NCBI GenBank assembly: GCA_050736615.1 | Contig: JBOHWL010000192.1 | Span: forward strand, 1,865-65,864 | Length of the DNA: 64,000 bases | DNA from: Candidatus Binataceae bacterium | Lineage (GTDB): Bacteria > Desulfobacterota > Binatia > Binatales > Binataceae | Direction of reading: 5' to 3' | In this document: one piece after another, positions 47,290-56,235 of the stretch | How the letters are laid out: every line of letters begins with the position of its first letter | Numbering within the stretch: position 1 is the first letter of the stretch | Translations under genes and position numbers: made by a program | Notes under the pieces: generated by a model | The model's database searches: none | What the model was told of the DNA's origin: nothing | What the model saw: the letters and a program-made list of their open reading frames with translations, nothing else

Positions 47290-47546
47290 CCCGCCCTTAA
47301 CCCACTCGTGACCACGTCGCGGAGTTAATCAGCACGCGGCTTGCGGACTCGCCCGCTTCCGCTGTCGCGCGGAGGCACTGGCGCGGTTTCATTTCGTTCC
47401 GCTGAGGACGTTCCACCGCGTGCTCGCCTTCCCGCGTACCGCCGCGGGAGCGCCCCCGAGGATTGATTTCGCATGCCCCCTCCGTTGCGTTCGCGCTTAA
47501 CCCGGCGGCGTCGAACGAGATGGCGCACACGCCCCCGCCTTCTCCC

Positions 47547-47963
47547 TTATCGATCGATTTCGACCCGCCCGTTCGGATTGACCACGGTCGCCAGATGCAC
47601 CGCGATCTTGCGGTCATCCACATTGATCGAACCCAATAATTCGAATCTCAATGCGAGCGGATCCTTTTCATCCGGCACCAGCTTGAGCGAGACCTCCGCC
47701 AGGCGCGGCTCGTAGTGCTCGATCACGCGCAGAATGTCGGCCTCGACCTCGCGGGTTGAGCTGGAAACGAAGGCCCCCGCGAGGTTGGTGAAATCCGGCA
47801 CGCCGTAGAGCGGGTCGATTGGCGCGCTGCCCTGGCGCGTGTTCAGCACGCGTTGCAGGTGATTTAGGATCGACTCGACTACCACTTCGGCGCGCGAGGC
47901 CGAAGTCAGCGCGCCGCCACGCTCACGGTCGGCCAGGCGCTCCAGCAGGCGCTGCTCCCGCAC
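47547..47963 (-). CDS. tssE: type VI secretion system baseplate protein TssE (gp25-like)
   Basis: GPW/gp25-like ~138 aa with the SILNHLQRVLNTRQGS motif. Confidence 0.9.
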   Translation of the reverse strand: MREQRLLERLADRERGGALTSASRAEVVVESILNHLQRVLNTRQGSAPIDPLYGVPDFTNLAGAFVSSSTREVEADILRVIEHYEPRLAEVSLKLVPDEKDPLALRFELLGSINVDDRKIAVHLATVVNPNGRVEIDR

Positions 47964-47965
47964 CG

Positions 47966-48448
47966 CTAATTACCGGTCCAGGAATCCTCCGTCTCGATCC
48001 CGTCCTTGACCCAGGTCCAGATGATCTTCTCATAGGTGAGGGAAACGTTTTCCATATGGCCGAGCTGCTGATCGTCGGGCTTGAGCGCATTCGGCATCCA
48101 GGTGCGCAGGTCAACGATGATCGCGTTCTGCAGTTTGGTCGTGAAATACTTCTCCTCGACACCCTCTTTCGAAATGCGGTACCAATCGATCTCGACATTG
48201 GTCATTTGCTCGCCGGTACATAGCGCCTGGAACAACTTGGGCGAGCTTTTATCGATTTCCTTAGTCAGCGTGAGCGGGCCGTGAACGCGCTTGCCGGTCG
48301 GCAAACCGGTCTGCGGGCTGCGCGGGATCTCGATATTGTGCTCGACGCCTTCCACCAAAATGGTGTTCTCGCGGCCTTTGATGGTACACGAGCCCTGGAT
48401 TTTGCCTTGTTTTGCGCCGGTCAAGGTTAAATTGATCGGAACTGGCAT
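47966..48448 (-). CDS. hcp: type VI secretion system tube protein Hcp
   Basis: Hcp1-family protein of 160 aa. Confidence 0.92.
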   Translation of the reverse strand: MPVPINLTLTGAKQGKIQGSCTIKGRENTILVEGVEHNIEIPRSPQTGLPTGKRVHGPLTLTKEIDKSSPKLFQALCTGEQMTNVEIDWYRISKEGVEEKYFTTKLQNAIIVDLRTWMPNALKPDDQQLGHMENVSLTYEKIIWTWVKDGIETEDSWTGN

Positions 48449-48529
48449 GGATGATTCCCTCCCTCTTTCCGTCTATTGCTAAATTCACGCCGCACGCCGG
48501 CGATAGCATAGCCACCTGATACCCAGTGG

Positions 48530-50041
48530 TTATTGAGCCTTGTCCAGCTTGCCCACCAACGAAAGCGTGAACGACGCTCCCATATACTTGAAATGGGGCC
48601 GCACCTTGAGCGACACCCGGTACCATCCCGGATCGCCTTCGACGTCCGACACCATGATCTCGGCTTGGCGCAATGGCCGGCGGCTACGCACTCCTGGCGC
48701 CGGATTGTCCATATCGGCGACGTATTGGCGAATCCAGGTGTTGAGCTCGCGCTCCAGGTCAGTGCGTTCCTTCCAGGTGCCGATATTCTCGCGTTGAATC
48801 ACTTTGATGTAATGCGCGAGCCGGCTCATCACGAACATGTACGGTAACTGGGTGCCAAGCTTGTAGTTGAGTTCGGCCTCCTTGCCTTCCTTGCTTTGGC
48901 CGAAGAACTTCGGCTTTTGCGCTGAGTTGGCGCTGAAGAAAGCCGCGTTATCGCTGTCCTTGCGCATGGTTAAGCCGATAAAGCCTTGCTCGGACAGTTC
49001 GAACTCGCGCCTTTCCGAGAGCAGCACTTCAGTCGGGATTTTGACCTGTGTCTCCCCCATCGCCTGATAGGTATAAAGCGGCAGGTCCTCAACCGCGCCG
49101 CCGCCTTGCGGACCAATGATATTGGCGCTCCAGCGGTACTTGGCGAAGCTGTCGGTCAGGCGCGTGGCAAAGGCAAAGGCCGCGTTGCCCCACAGGTACT
49201 GCGCGCCACTTTGGCTGACTTCTTCGCGGTAATCGAATTTTTTCGTCGGCACCGTGTCCGGACTGTAAGGCAGGCGCAACAGGAAATGCGGCAGCGTGAG
49301 TCCGACGTTGCGCGCGTCTTCGCTCTCGCGGAAGGCGTTCCACTTCTGATACTGCGGTCCTTCGAGAATCGAGCCGAGATCTTTCAGATTCGGCAGACCC
49401 GCGAAATTGTCCAACCCAAAGAATTGCGGACCGGCGGCGGCGATGAACGGCGCATGCGCCATCGCGGCGACGCTGGCCACGTTTTGCAGCAATTTAATAT
49501 CCTGCGGACCCGGCCCAAACTCGTAGTTGCCGATGATTGCGCCGTAGGGTTGCCCGCCAAATTGTCCGTATTCGGACGTATAAACCGTCCGGTAAAGACC
49601 TGATTTCGTGATTTCCGGCGCGTCTTCAAAGTCGTCGAGCAGCTCCTGCTTGCTGGCGCTAATCAGGCTGAGCTTGATGTTCTCGCGAAAATCAGTGCGA
49701 TCCACCAGGAATTTGAGCGAACGCCACGCTGACTCGAGTTTCTGAAAATCGGCGTTGTGCATGATTGCGTCGACCTGGCGGCAAAGCTTTTGATCCAGTT
49801 CCGCCACCATGCTGTCGACGATCGCCTGGCTGACTTTCTCCTGGGCGCGCTGCGGTTCCAGTAACTCGGACAGAAACGCCTGGATGCCCTGGCGAGTAAT
49901 CGCATACGCCTCATCATCGGGCTTGACCCTGGTGGCCTCGACCAATTCGTTCAGGAGCGAACCCGCGCCGTTTTCCTGACCGGCTTGAGGCGCCGGCGCT
50001 TCAGCGGCTGGACTTGCCACGTGATCTTTATCATCCGCCAT
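48530..50041 (-). CDS. tssC: type VI secretion system contractile sheath large subunit TssC
   Basis: VipB/TssC family at 503 aa. Confidence 0.95.
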   Translation of the reverse strand: MADDKDHVASPAAEAPAPQAGQENGAGSLLNELVEATRVKPDDEAYAITRQGIQAFLSELLEPQRAQEKVSQAIVDSMVAELDQKLCRQVDAIMHNADFQKLESAWRSLKFLVDRTDFRENIKLSLISASKQELLDDFEDAPEITKSGLYRTVYTSEYGQFGGQPYGAIIGNYEFGPGPQDIKLLQNVASVAAMAHAPFIAAAGPQFFGLDNFAGLPNLKDLGSILEGPQYQKWNAFRESEDARNVGLTLPHFLLRLPYSPDTVPTKKFDYREEVSQSGAQYLWGNAAFAFATRLTDSFAKYRWSANIIGPQGGGAVEDLPLYTYQAMGETQVKIPTEVLLSERREFELSEQGFIGLTMRKDSDNAAFFSANSAQKPKFFGQSKEGKEAELNYKLGTQLPYMFVMSRLAHYIKVIQRENIGTWKERTDLERELNTWIRQYVADMDNPAPGVRSRRPLRQAEIMVSDVEGDPGWYRVSLKVRPHFKYMGASFTLSLVGKLDKAQ

Positions 50042-50053
50042 ATCGGGCGCTCC

Positions 50054-50548
50054 TTACTTGTTCTGAATTCCGAGTTCCGCCAACAGCCGTTGACGCACAC
50101 CCTCATCTTTGACCAGGTCCTGAACTTTGCGGCGAAATTCCGGGATATTGCTGAGCGGCCCCTTAAGTGCCTTCAAGGCCTCGCGCAGATCGATGATCTT
50201 CTTCAGCTCCGGAACCTTGTCGACGATCGCGTCGGGTTCGAAATCCCTGATCGAATCGAAGCTCAGCTTGACCGCTATCGCGGCGTTTGCGTCGGCCTTT
50301 TTGTCGAGCTGATTAGGCACGGCCAGATCAAGTGTAAGCTTTTGTGCTTTAAGCACTTCGTTGAAATTGTCTTTGTCTATATTTACCGGCTTACGATCTT
50401 CAACTGCCGTCTGGTCCGGTTTCAAGTTAAAGTCACCAATGACTAACAGTTTCAGAGGAAGTTCAACTTCTTCTTTCGCGTCACCGGTGGCGGGACGATA
50501 AACAATGTTCACTCGTTCTTTAGGCGCGACCGAACCTTCCTTAGCCAT
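50054..50548 (-). CDS. tssB: type VI secretion system contractile sheath small subunit TssB
   Basis: VipA/TssB family at 164 aa. Confidence 0.95.
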   Translation of the reverse strand: MAKEGSVAPKERVNIVYRPATGDAKEEVELPLKLLVIGDFNLKPDQTAVEDRKPVNIDKDNFNEVLKAQKLTLDLAVPNQLDKKADANAAIAVKLSFDSIRDFEPDAIVDKVPELKKIIDLREALKALKGPLSNIPEFRRKVQDLVKDEGVRQRLLAELGIQNK

Positions 50549-50835
50549 GAGAAGCCCTCCTCAGCGAAAATTGTCCTATCGTAGTGACTCCGCGACTGGC
50601 ATTAGCGCCGTCATATAGCATGACGCGAATCAATCAAAATCACGTCGCAGCGGATTATTGTCAGCGTAACGATGTGATGAGATTGATCTAAATTGAATGA
50701 GGCTTGAAGCTAGCAGACCGCAATAGTCAATGTCAATTTATAATTCTAAATAATCGATGTCTGGCCGCTTCATCTTGTGACGATGATCGGCTGCAAATTT
50801 CAGCGATTTACGATTTTGACGATGGAGTATTTTCA
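50549..50835. promoter_or_regulatory. divergent tssBC / tssA intergenic promoter region
   Basis: 287-bp region with markedly lower GC than the flanks, between divergently oriented T6SS genes. No sigma-54 -24/-12 box was recognised. Confidence 0.4.
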
Positions 50836-52344
50836 GTGGAATTAGCCAAACTCGGCAAAGCGCCGATTACGCCCGGGTCGCCCGCCGGCCACGAAGTTCG
50901 CGCCGCCGCCGCATTCGAAGCTCTTCAGGCGGAAATCGATAAGCTGTCGAACCCAACCAATGCCGGCGCCACCGATTGGAGCCGAGTGGCTGATCTGTCC
51001 GCCAGTCTTCTCGAAAAGGAAGGCAAGGACCTTCTGGTCGCGAGCTATCTCGCGATCGCACTTACTTACACGCGAAAACTGGCAGGATTTAAACTCGGAA
51101 TGGGCGTGATGGCCGATATACTCGCGACTTATTGGGAAAACATGCAGCCGCCGCTGACACGCATCCGCGCCCGCCGCAACGCGATTACGTGGTGGAGTGA
51201 TCGCGCCGCCGCCGCGCTGCAAACGCTCGAATTTGAGCCCTCGAGCCCTGAGGAAATTGCCGATCTCACACGCGACGTTGAGGCTATCGACGGTACGTTA
51301 CAAAGTAGGGACCCGGAAGGGCCCACCATCTCCACGATCAAAGCCTTAATCAGGCACCTACCGGTAAAAGATCAAACCCCGGCGGTTAACGGCGGGCCGC
51401 CGTCCGCGACGAAGGCCACCTCGCCGACCGATATTTCCGCCATATCATCGCCACAAGACGCGCTTAAAATGATCGAAGCGCTGATGGACAATCTCGGGCA
51501 GGTCGCCGGATGGATGATCGAGCATGATAGCGCCAACTCGCTGGGCTACTGGCTCAATCGCATCGCGCAATGGTGGCGAATCCAGCAGCCGCCGCCCGCA
51601 ACCGAGGGAAAATCGCGCGTGCCGCCGCCGGCCGCGCAAGCCAAAGCGGAACTGGCCTCGCTCGCCAGTGCGGGAAATCCAGCCAACCTAATCAAATTCG
51701 CCGAAGCTCAATTAGGCGAACATCCATTGTGGCTCGATTTGAACCGTATTGTGGCTGAGAACCTCGCTATTCAGGGGGCGGATTTCGCGGCCGCAGGTCA
51801 GGTGATCGCGACGGCAACCGTCGCCTTTGCTCATCGTGCCGCTGGATTGGAAATGCTGAGCTTCGCCGATGGTAGTCCGTTCGCCGACAATGCCACGCGG
51901 AATTGGATGATGCCGCGCAAAAGCGAAGACAACGCCGGACCCGGTAAGAACGAGGATCTCTCGGAATATTCGAAAGCCGTGACGGAGACGGAAGATTTGG
52001 CCGCCAAAGGCGATCTTACGACGGCCGCCGCCCGGCTCCAGCAGGCGCTTCGCGCCACCACTTCGGGCCGCCAGCGACTGCTGGCGCGTACGCGTTTTTC
52101 GGAAATCTTGCTCAACCGCAATGCGCTTGAAGAGCCGTGGCCTTATCTGGCCGCGTTACTTCAGGCTGTGGACCGCCATCAGCTCGAGCAATTCGACCCT
52201 GAACTCGCGATCCGCGCGCTGAGCGTCGTCTATCGTGGTTTGAATGACATTGAGTCCAACGGAAAGCCGACACGCGCCACGATTCTCACGCGTATCGCCG
52301 CGCTGGATTATGGCGCGGCCCTGCGGCTTTCAAAATCCACCTGA
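50836..52344 (+). CDS. tssA: type VI secretion system protein TssA (ImpA N-terminal domain)
   Basis: ImpA_N signature (AFEALQAEIDKLS...DW..V..L...LL.KEGKDLLVASYLAIAL...YWENMQP). The ORF maximum starts at a TTG at 50704; the in-frame GTG at 50836 gives a canonical N-terminus. Confidence 0.8.
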   Translation: MELAKLGKAPITPGSPAGHEVRAAAAFEALQAEIDKLSNPTNAGATDWSRVADLSASLLEKEGKDLLVASYLAIALTYTRKLAGFKLGMGVMADILATYWENMQPPLTRIRARRNAITWWSDRAAAALQTLEFEPSSPEEIADLTRDVEAIDGTLQSRDPEGPTISTIKALIRHLPVKDQTPAVNGGPPSATKATSPTDISAISSPQDALKMIEALMDNLGQVAGWMIEHDSANSLGYWLNRIAQWWRIQQPPPATEGKSRVPPPAAQAKAELASLASAGNPANLIKFAEAQLGEHPLWLDLNRIVAENLAIQGADFAAAGQVIATATVAFAHRAAGLEMLSFADGSPFADNATRNWMMPRKSEDNAGPGKNEDLSEYSKAVTETEDLAAKGDLTTAAARLQQALRATTSGRQRLLARTRFSEILLNRNALEEPWPYLAALLQAVDRHQLEQFDPELAIRALSVVYRGLNDIESNGKPTRATILTRIAALDYGAALRLSKST

Positions 52345-52521
52345 ACGCGACAATCGAGGAACGCGGCTCCTCGCAGGCGCAATCGATTCGCACCGCCATG
52401 GCGACCCCCTATTCCAACGATGGTTGTCCCATGCTCCGTTCTGCGCTGTGATCAAACTGAGATCGCGAGTCATCGAAGTTTCAGCTTCGGCTTAAATGAC
52501 CAGACTCAGCAATAGCAATTC

Positions 52522-53037
52522 ATGGATTACTTCAGCCGCGCTCATCAGCGTCGGCGCATTGATTGCCGTCGCGCCAGCCGCAATGGCCAGTCTTCACTGA
52601 TGCTGGCGGTCGACGGCGAGATGGTCGGCCAATTGGTGTATGAAGATCAGATTCGTCCGGAGGGCGCACACGTCATCGAAGCGCTTAGGCGGCGCGCTAT
52701 CCCTGATGTCGTGATGCTTACCGGCATCAATGACGCCGCCGCGTTATCTTATGCCGATGTTGGTATCGCCATGAAAAACGGCACCGACCTGGCTCAGCAC
52801 AGTGCCCACGTGGTGCTGATGCGGGACGATCTCTCGCGCATCGTGGATGCGACCGACACCTCGCGTGGCGCGGTCAAACTGATTCATCAGAATTACTCGA
52901 TTGTGGTCGGTCTGAATCTGGTCGCGTTGGCGATGGCGCCGGCGGGAGGACTGGTGCGCCCGGAATTGACCGCGCTCATCAGCAATGGCTCCGCCGTACT
53001 GGCCAGCGTCAATCGCGTACGCCCGCTGGTTCAGTAG
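52522..53037 (+). pseudogene. C-terminal remnant of a P-type (heavy-metal type) ATPase
   Basis: Only the hinge region (VMLTGINDAAALSYADVGIAMKNGTDLA, matching the M(L)TGD(N)xxxA..A....GIAMG.GTD motif) plus the last two TM helices are present. An in-frame stop lies 9 nt upstream of the first Met. No A-, P- or N-domain is present. Confidence 0.7.
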
Positions 53038-53055
53038 CGCTGCCGAACATTCAAC

Positions 53056-54039
53056 ATGAGCGCGGCCGCATCCACCCTGGCACTCACCGGCGCGATCGTC
53101 GTGCTCGCCGGCGTGATGCTCGGACGAGCCGCCGATCTGATTGCGGAGCTGACGGGTGTGGGCGAAATGTGGACGGGCTGGCTTCTGCTGGCCGCTGCAA
53201 CCTCCCTGCCGGAGTTCGTCACTGATGTAGCGGCCGTGAGGCTTCATGCAGCCGATCTGGCCGGCGGCGATCTATTCGGTTCAAGCTTGACCAACATGGC
53301 GATTCTGGCGGTGATTGCCTTCGCCTGCTCCACGCGTGAGCTTAACAGCTCCGCCAGCCTGTTCAGCGCCTACCTGGCGATTGTGCTGAATCTGCTGGGG
53401 GCGCTCTTCACCCTGCTGCACAGCGGTCTAACGATTGCGCACGTATCAATCGAGCCGCTCCTAATCGTGCTGGTCTACCTGGTGGGAACGCGCGCTCTGT
53501 ATCAGCGCAGTGTACCGGCGGCGGCGACATCGAATGGTTCAATCGATGGGACGGTTGAGCGGCGATGGCGGCTGTTTCGCGCCTTTGTCGTTTTCGCGGT
53601 GGGCTCCGCGATGATCTTTTTGTCCGCACCGCGATTCGCCGCTGCCGCCAAGGACTTCGCCGCGCTGAGCGGACTGGGTCAGTCCTTAGTGGGCACCTGG
53701 CTCCTGGGATTCTCAACCGCATTGCCGGAATTGGTGACCTCATTGACGGTCGCGCGGCTGGGCGCCTTTGATCTCGCCGTCGCCAATCTGTACGGCTCGT
53801 GCGCCTTCAACATGGTGGTGTTTTTCGCGATGGATATGGCTTCGCCCACCCCGGTCTTCGCATCGCTCGACCCGGGGCTCGCGCTGGCGGGTTTTTTGGC
53901 GGTGCTTCTGATGATGCTGGGCGTTGTTGCGATCAGTTATCGGCGGCAGCATACGGCCGCCTTATATACTGGCAGCGGATTGTTGCTTGCGTTCTATGGA
54001 ACCGCCATCTGGCTGCTTTACTTCTGGCGCAATATCTAA
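53056..54039 (+). CDS. CaCA-family cation/Ca2+ antiporter (YrbG-like)
   Basis: Two alpha-repeats with ATSLPE and STALPE motifs at 327 aa and ~10 TM. Confidence 0.8.
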   Translation: MSAAASTLALTGAIVVLAGVMLGRAADLIAELTGVGEMWTGWLLLAAATSLPEFVTDVAAVRLHAADLAGGDLFGSSLTNMAILAVIAFACSTRELNSSASLFSAYLAIVLNLLGALFTLLHSGLTIAHVSIEPLLIVLVYLVGTRALYQRSVPAAATSNGSIDGTVERRWRLFRAFVVFAVGSAMIFLSAPRFAAAAKDFAALSGLGQSLVGTWLLGFSTALPELVTSLTVARLGAFDLAVANLYGSCAFNMVVFFAMDMASPTPVFASLDPGLALAGFLAVLLMMLGVVAISYRRQHTAALYTGSGLLLAFYGTAIWLLYFWRNI

Positions 54040-54196
54040 GCGGGCGGCGGTGTGGCATTTAGCAAGGTGATGGAGTGCGCGGTGTAGCTCCGACGGCATG
54101 TCGCTTGCCTACCTTCAGAGCGGTTGATCACTCTCAAGGAGGAGGATGCTCGGTGCGCGCTTGAGCGGATGCGCGTTGAAGCGATAGAGCGCCGCA

Positions 54197-55018
54197 TCAA
54201 GAAGATGCGGAACAGCCGCCACGGCGCGTGGTTTCGATTTTCGGGATTGCGTCAGGGCGCTGAAGCGGTGTGGCGTAGGCCTCGGCAGCGCGCGTACAAG
54301 GCATCGTACCACCGGCATCCTTGCACGTCTCCGATCGCGCTTCGAGTCCGGATCCGCGCGCAAGGATGAAGTGGCCGTCGTGCAGGCTCAAAAGTTTCGA
54401 CTGGGCCATCTCAGACAGAATCCTGCTGACCATTGGGCGCGAACTCCCAATCATCTCGGCAAAATCCGCATGGCTGAGCCGCGGCAACAATAACACGCCG
54501 CGGGAGTCTTCAAGGCCGAAGCGTACGGCCAGCTCGCTCAGCACCAACTCGAGCCGCTGCCTGTAATCGAGGCCGATGAAGCTCGCCCATCGGTTCAGCA
54601 CGCCCGACCACGCCGTATTGAGTTGCGCCATGACCCGCACCAGGCTCGGCGTGTCGAGTTTCTTCAAGATTCTTTCAAGATGCGCGCGCGTCACCAGCGC
54701 AAGTTGACAGGTGGTGCGCGCATGCGCGTCAAAGGCCTGGCAGCGGCGACCCTTCTCGTCGATGAAATCGGCATAGCCAACGAATTCACCGGCGCCAATC
54801 AGCCGCGCCAGCACCGTGTTGCCGTCGCCGTCGGGGCAAGACACACCGACGATACCGGCGCGAATCCAGTACACCACGTCCGCCGGCGCCCCGCGGCGGA
54901 AAATGTTGGAGCCTTTGGAAAAAGTTAACGCGGTATGATGTTCAACCAGCTCGTCCACGCTTGGTTCGGACAAATACCGTAGTAACAAGGCTTTGAAGCG
55001 CTCGGCCCCATTATTCAT
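54197..55018 (-). CDS. Crp/Fnr-family transcriptional regulator
   Basis: cNMP-binding beta-roll plus a C-terminal HTH (SHADFAEMIGSSRPMVSRILSEM). The ORF maximum extends to 55099. Confidence 0.8.
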   Translation of the reverse strand: MNNGAERFKALLLRYLSEPSVDELVEHHTALTFSKGSNIFRRGAPADVVYWIRAGIVGVSCPDGDGNTVLARLIGAGEFVGYADFIDEKGRRCQAFDAHARTTCQLALVTRAHLERILKKLDTPSLVRVMAQLNTAWSGVLNRWASFIGLDYRQRLELVLSELAVRFGLEDSRGVLLLPRLSHADFAEMIGSSRPMVSRILSEMAQSKLLSLHDGHFILARGSGLEARSETCKDAGGTMPCTRAAEAYATPLQRPDAIPKIETTRRGGCSASS

Positions 55019-55113
55019 GGGAGCTCTTGACGGGTGAGAATTCCGGCCAGCCATCTGATTCTTTTCGCGCGCGGTCGCGGCGATTTGCCTCGGCATCACG
55101 TTGACGGCCTTTC

Positions 55114-55371
55114 CTACAATGTTAGATTCCGCATGGTGCCATGCGCATTTGCCACTGCGCGATCATGTGCCACGGATTTGAGATCTTCGCGCAGCTTCAG
55201 GCGTCTCCCAATTGAGGCTCCGCGCCCGCTCGCCTCGGCTTTGATTCCCAGTTGCCGGGTCAAGGCCTGCTTCCTGATCTTCAGCGATACAATAAAGGCC
55301 TCCTGCCGCGTTATGATTTTGTCGAGCTCGGCCAGTTCTTCATGTAACAGGTTAGGTTCATCTACAATCAC
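55114..55371 (-). CDS. small hypothetical protein (85 aa)
   Basis: GTG start preceded by a strong SD (GGAGGGAGGA) 7 nt upstream. Helical/charged composition. Lies upstream of and co-directional with the Crp gene. Confidence 0.4.
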   Translation of the reverse strand: MIVDEPNLLHEELAELDKIITRQEAFIVSLKIRKQALTRQLGIKAEASGRGASIGRRLKLREDLKSVAHDRAVANAHGTMRNLTL

Positions 55372-56235
55372 GATTGATCCTCCCTCCTGATTCGCTGGCT
55401 AAGCAATTTAGCTGCATCGGATCGGACACGAGATGCCTCTTTTCAGCCTCATTGAGCATAAGCAGCGCGCATAGGTTACGGTTAACATCGCGACGATTCG
55501 CAGTCTTGATTCATAGGTCGTTGCGACGCACTCTGAACGCTCTTACTCTATGACACCCTTCAATCGTTTATTCTAGCCTATAGATAGTCATTCTTTCACA
55601 TATTCGGCACCGCTTTTTGCGCAAAACTAAACTTTCATCGCCCATAAACTGTGCGGGTTCGCGCAGAACCGCGTCTTGATCAAAACGAGTGAGAAAGAAT
55701 CATTAGCAAGCCTAAACGGTCGCCGACAATCGAGAGTGAGGCGGCGCAAAGAAGAATTGTTACGTTCCGCGATTCACGACGCGCCCGAGGACCCTCGTGC
55801 GGTAATTAGTTTTGTGAATCGAGTAATTCTTTCCCATTTTTGATCAGGGCGATTGCTCGCTAGCCATCGCGGCACTGGCAGTCGTCGCATTTGCTCACCC
55901 ACCAATCCGTCCTGGCCATTTGGCCGGAGTTGTCCACATCACGGGTGTCGATCGTGCTCCTCATCGAGCCGGGCGCGTGTGAAACCGAATTTGCTGTTGC
56001 ATCATCTATCTATTCCTATATTATCATTACAGATGCCTATAGCAGCAGACTCGCAATCTTGTAGCCGAACAAACGGCCGTCGTCAATATGCCTATAGTGT
56101 AAGCCCCGATGGGTCTCCGCCAATAATGGACAGGTTGAGAGCAGCAGTGCTGAAAAGAGCACATGTTTGCCGAAAGTCATCCGTTAGCTCTTGGTCCCTG
56201 TTTTGCTCGATGAACAAAGCCGATCCAGAACGCCG

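Noticed and set aside
50549-50835. Looked for a sigma-54 (TGGCAC-N5-TTGCW) promoter and enhancer sites upstream of tssB and tssA.
   Set aside because: Only a partial TGGCAT with no -12 TTGC element was found, and there is no bEBP gene in the window. No claim is made.
55580-55590. gtcattct motif in the Crp intergenic region resembling the palindromic repeat core.
   Set aside because: Only an 8-mer match with no flanking homology to the repeat family. Likely coincidence.
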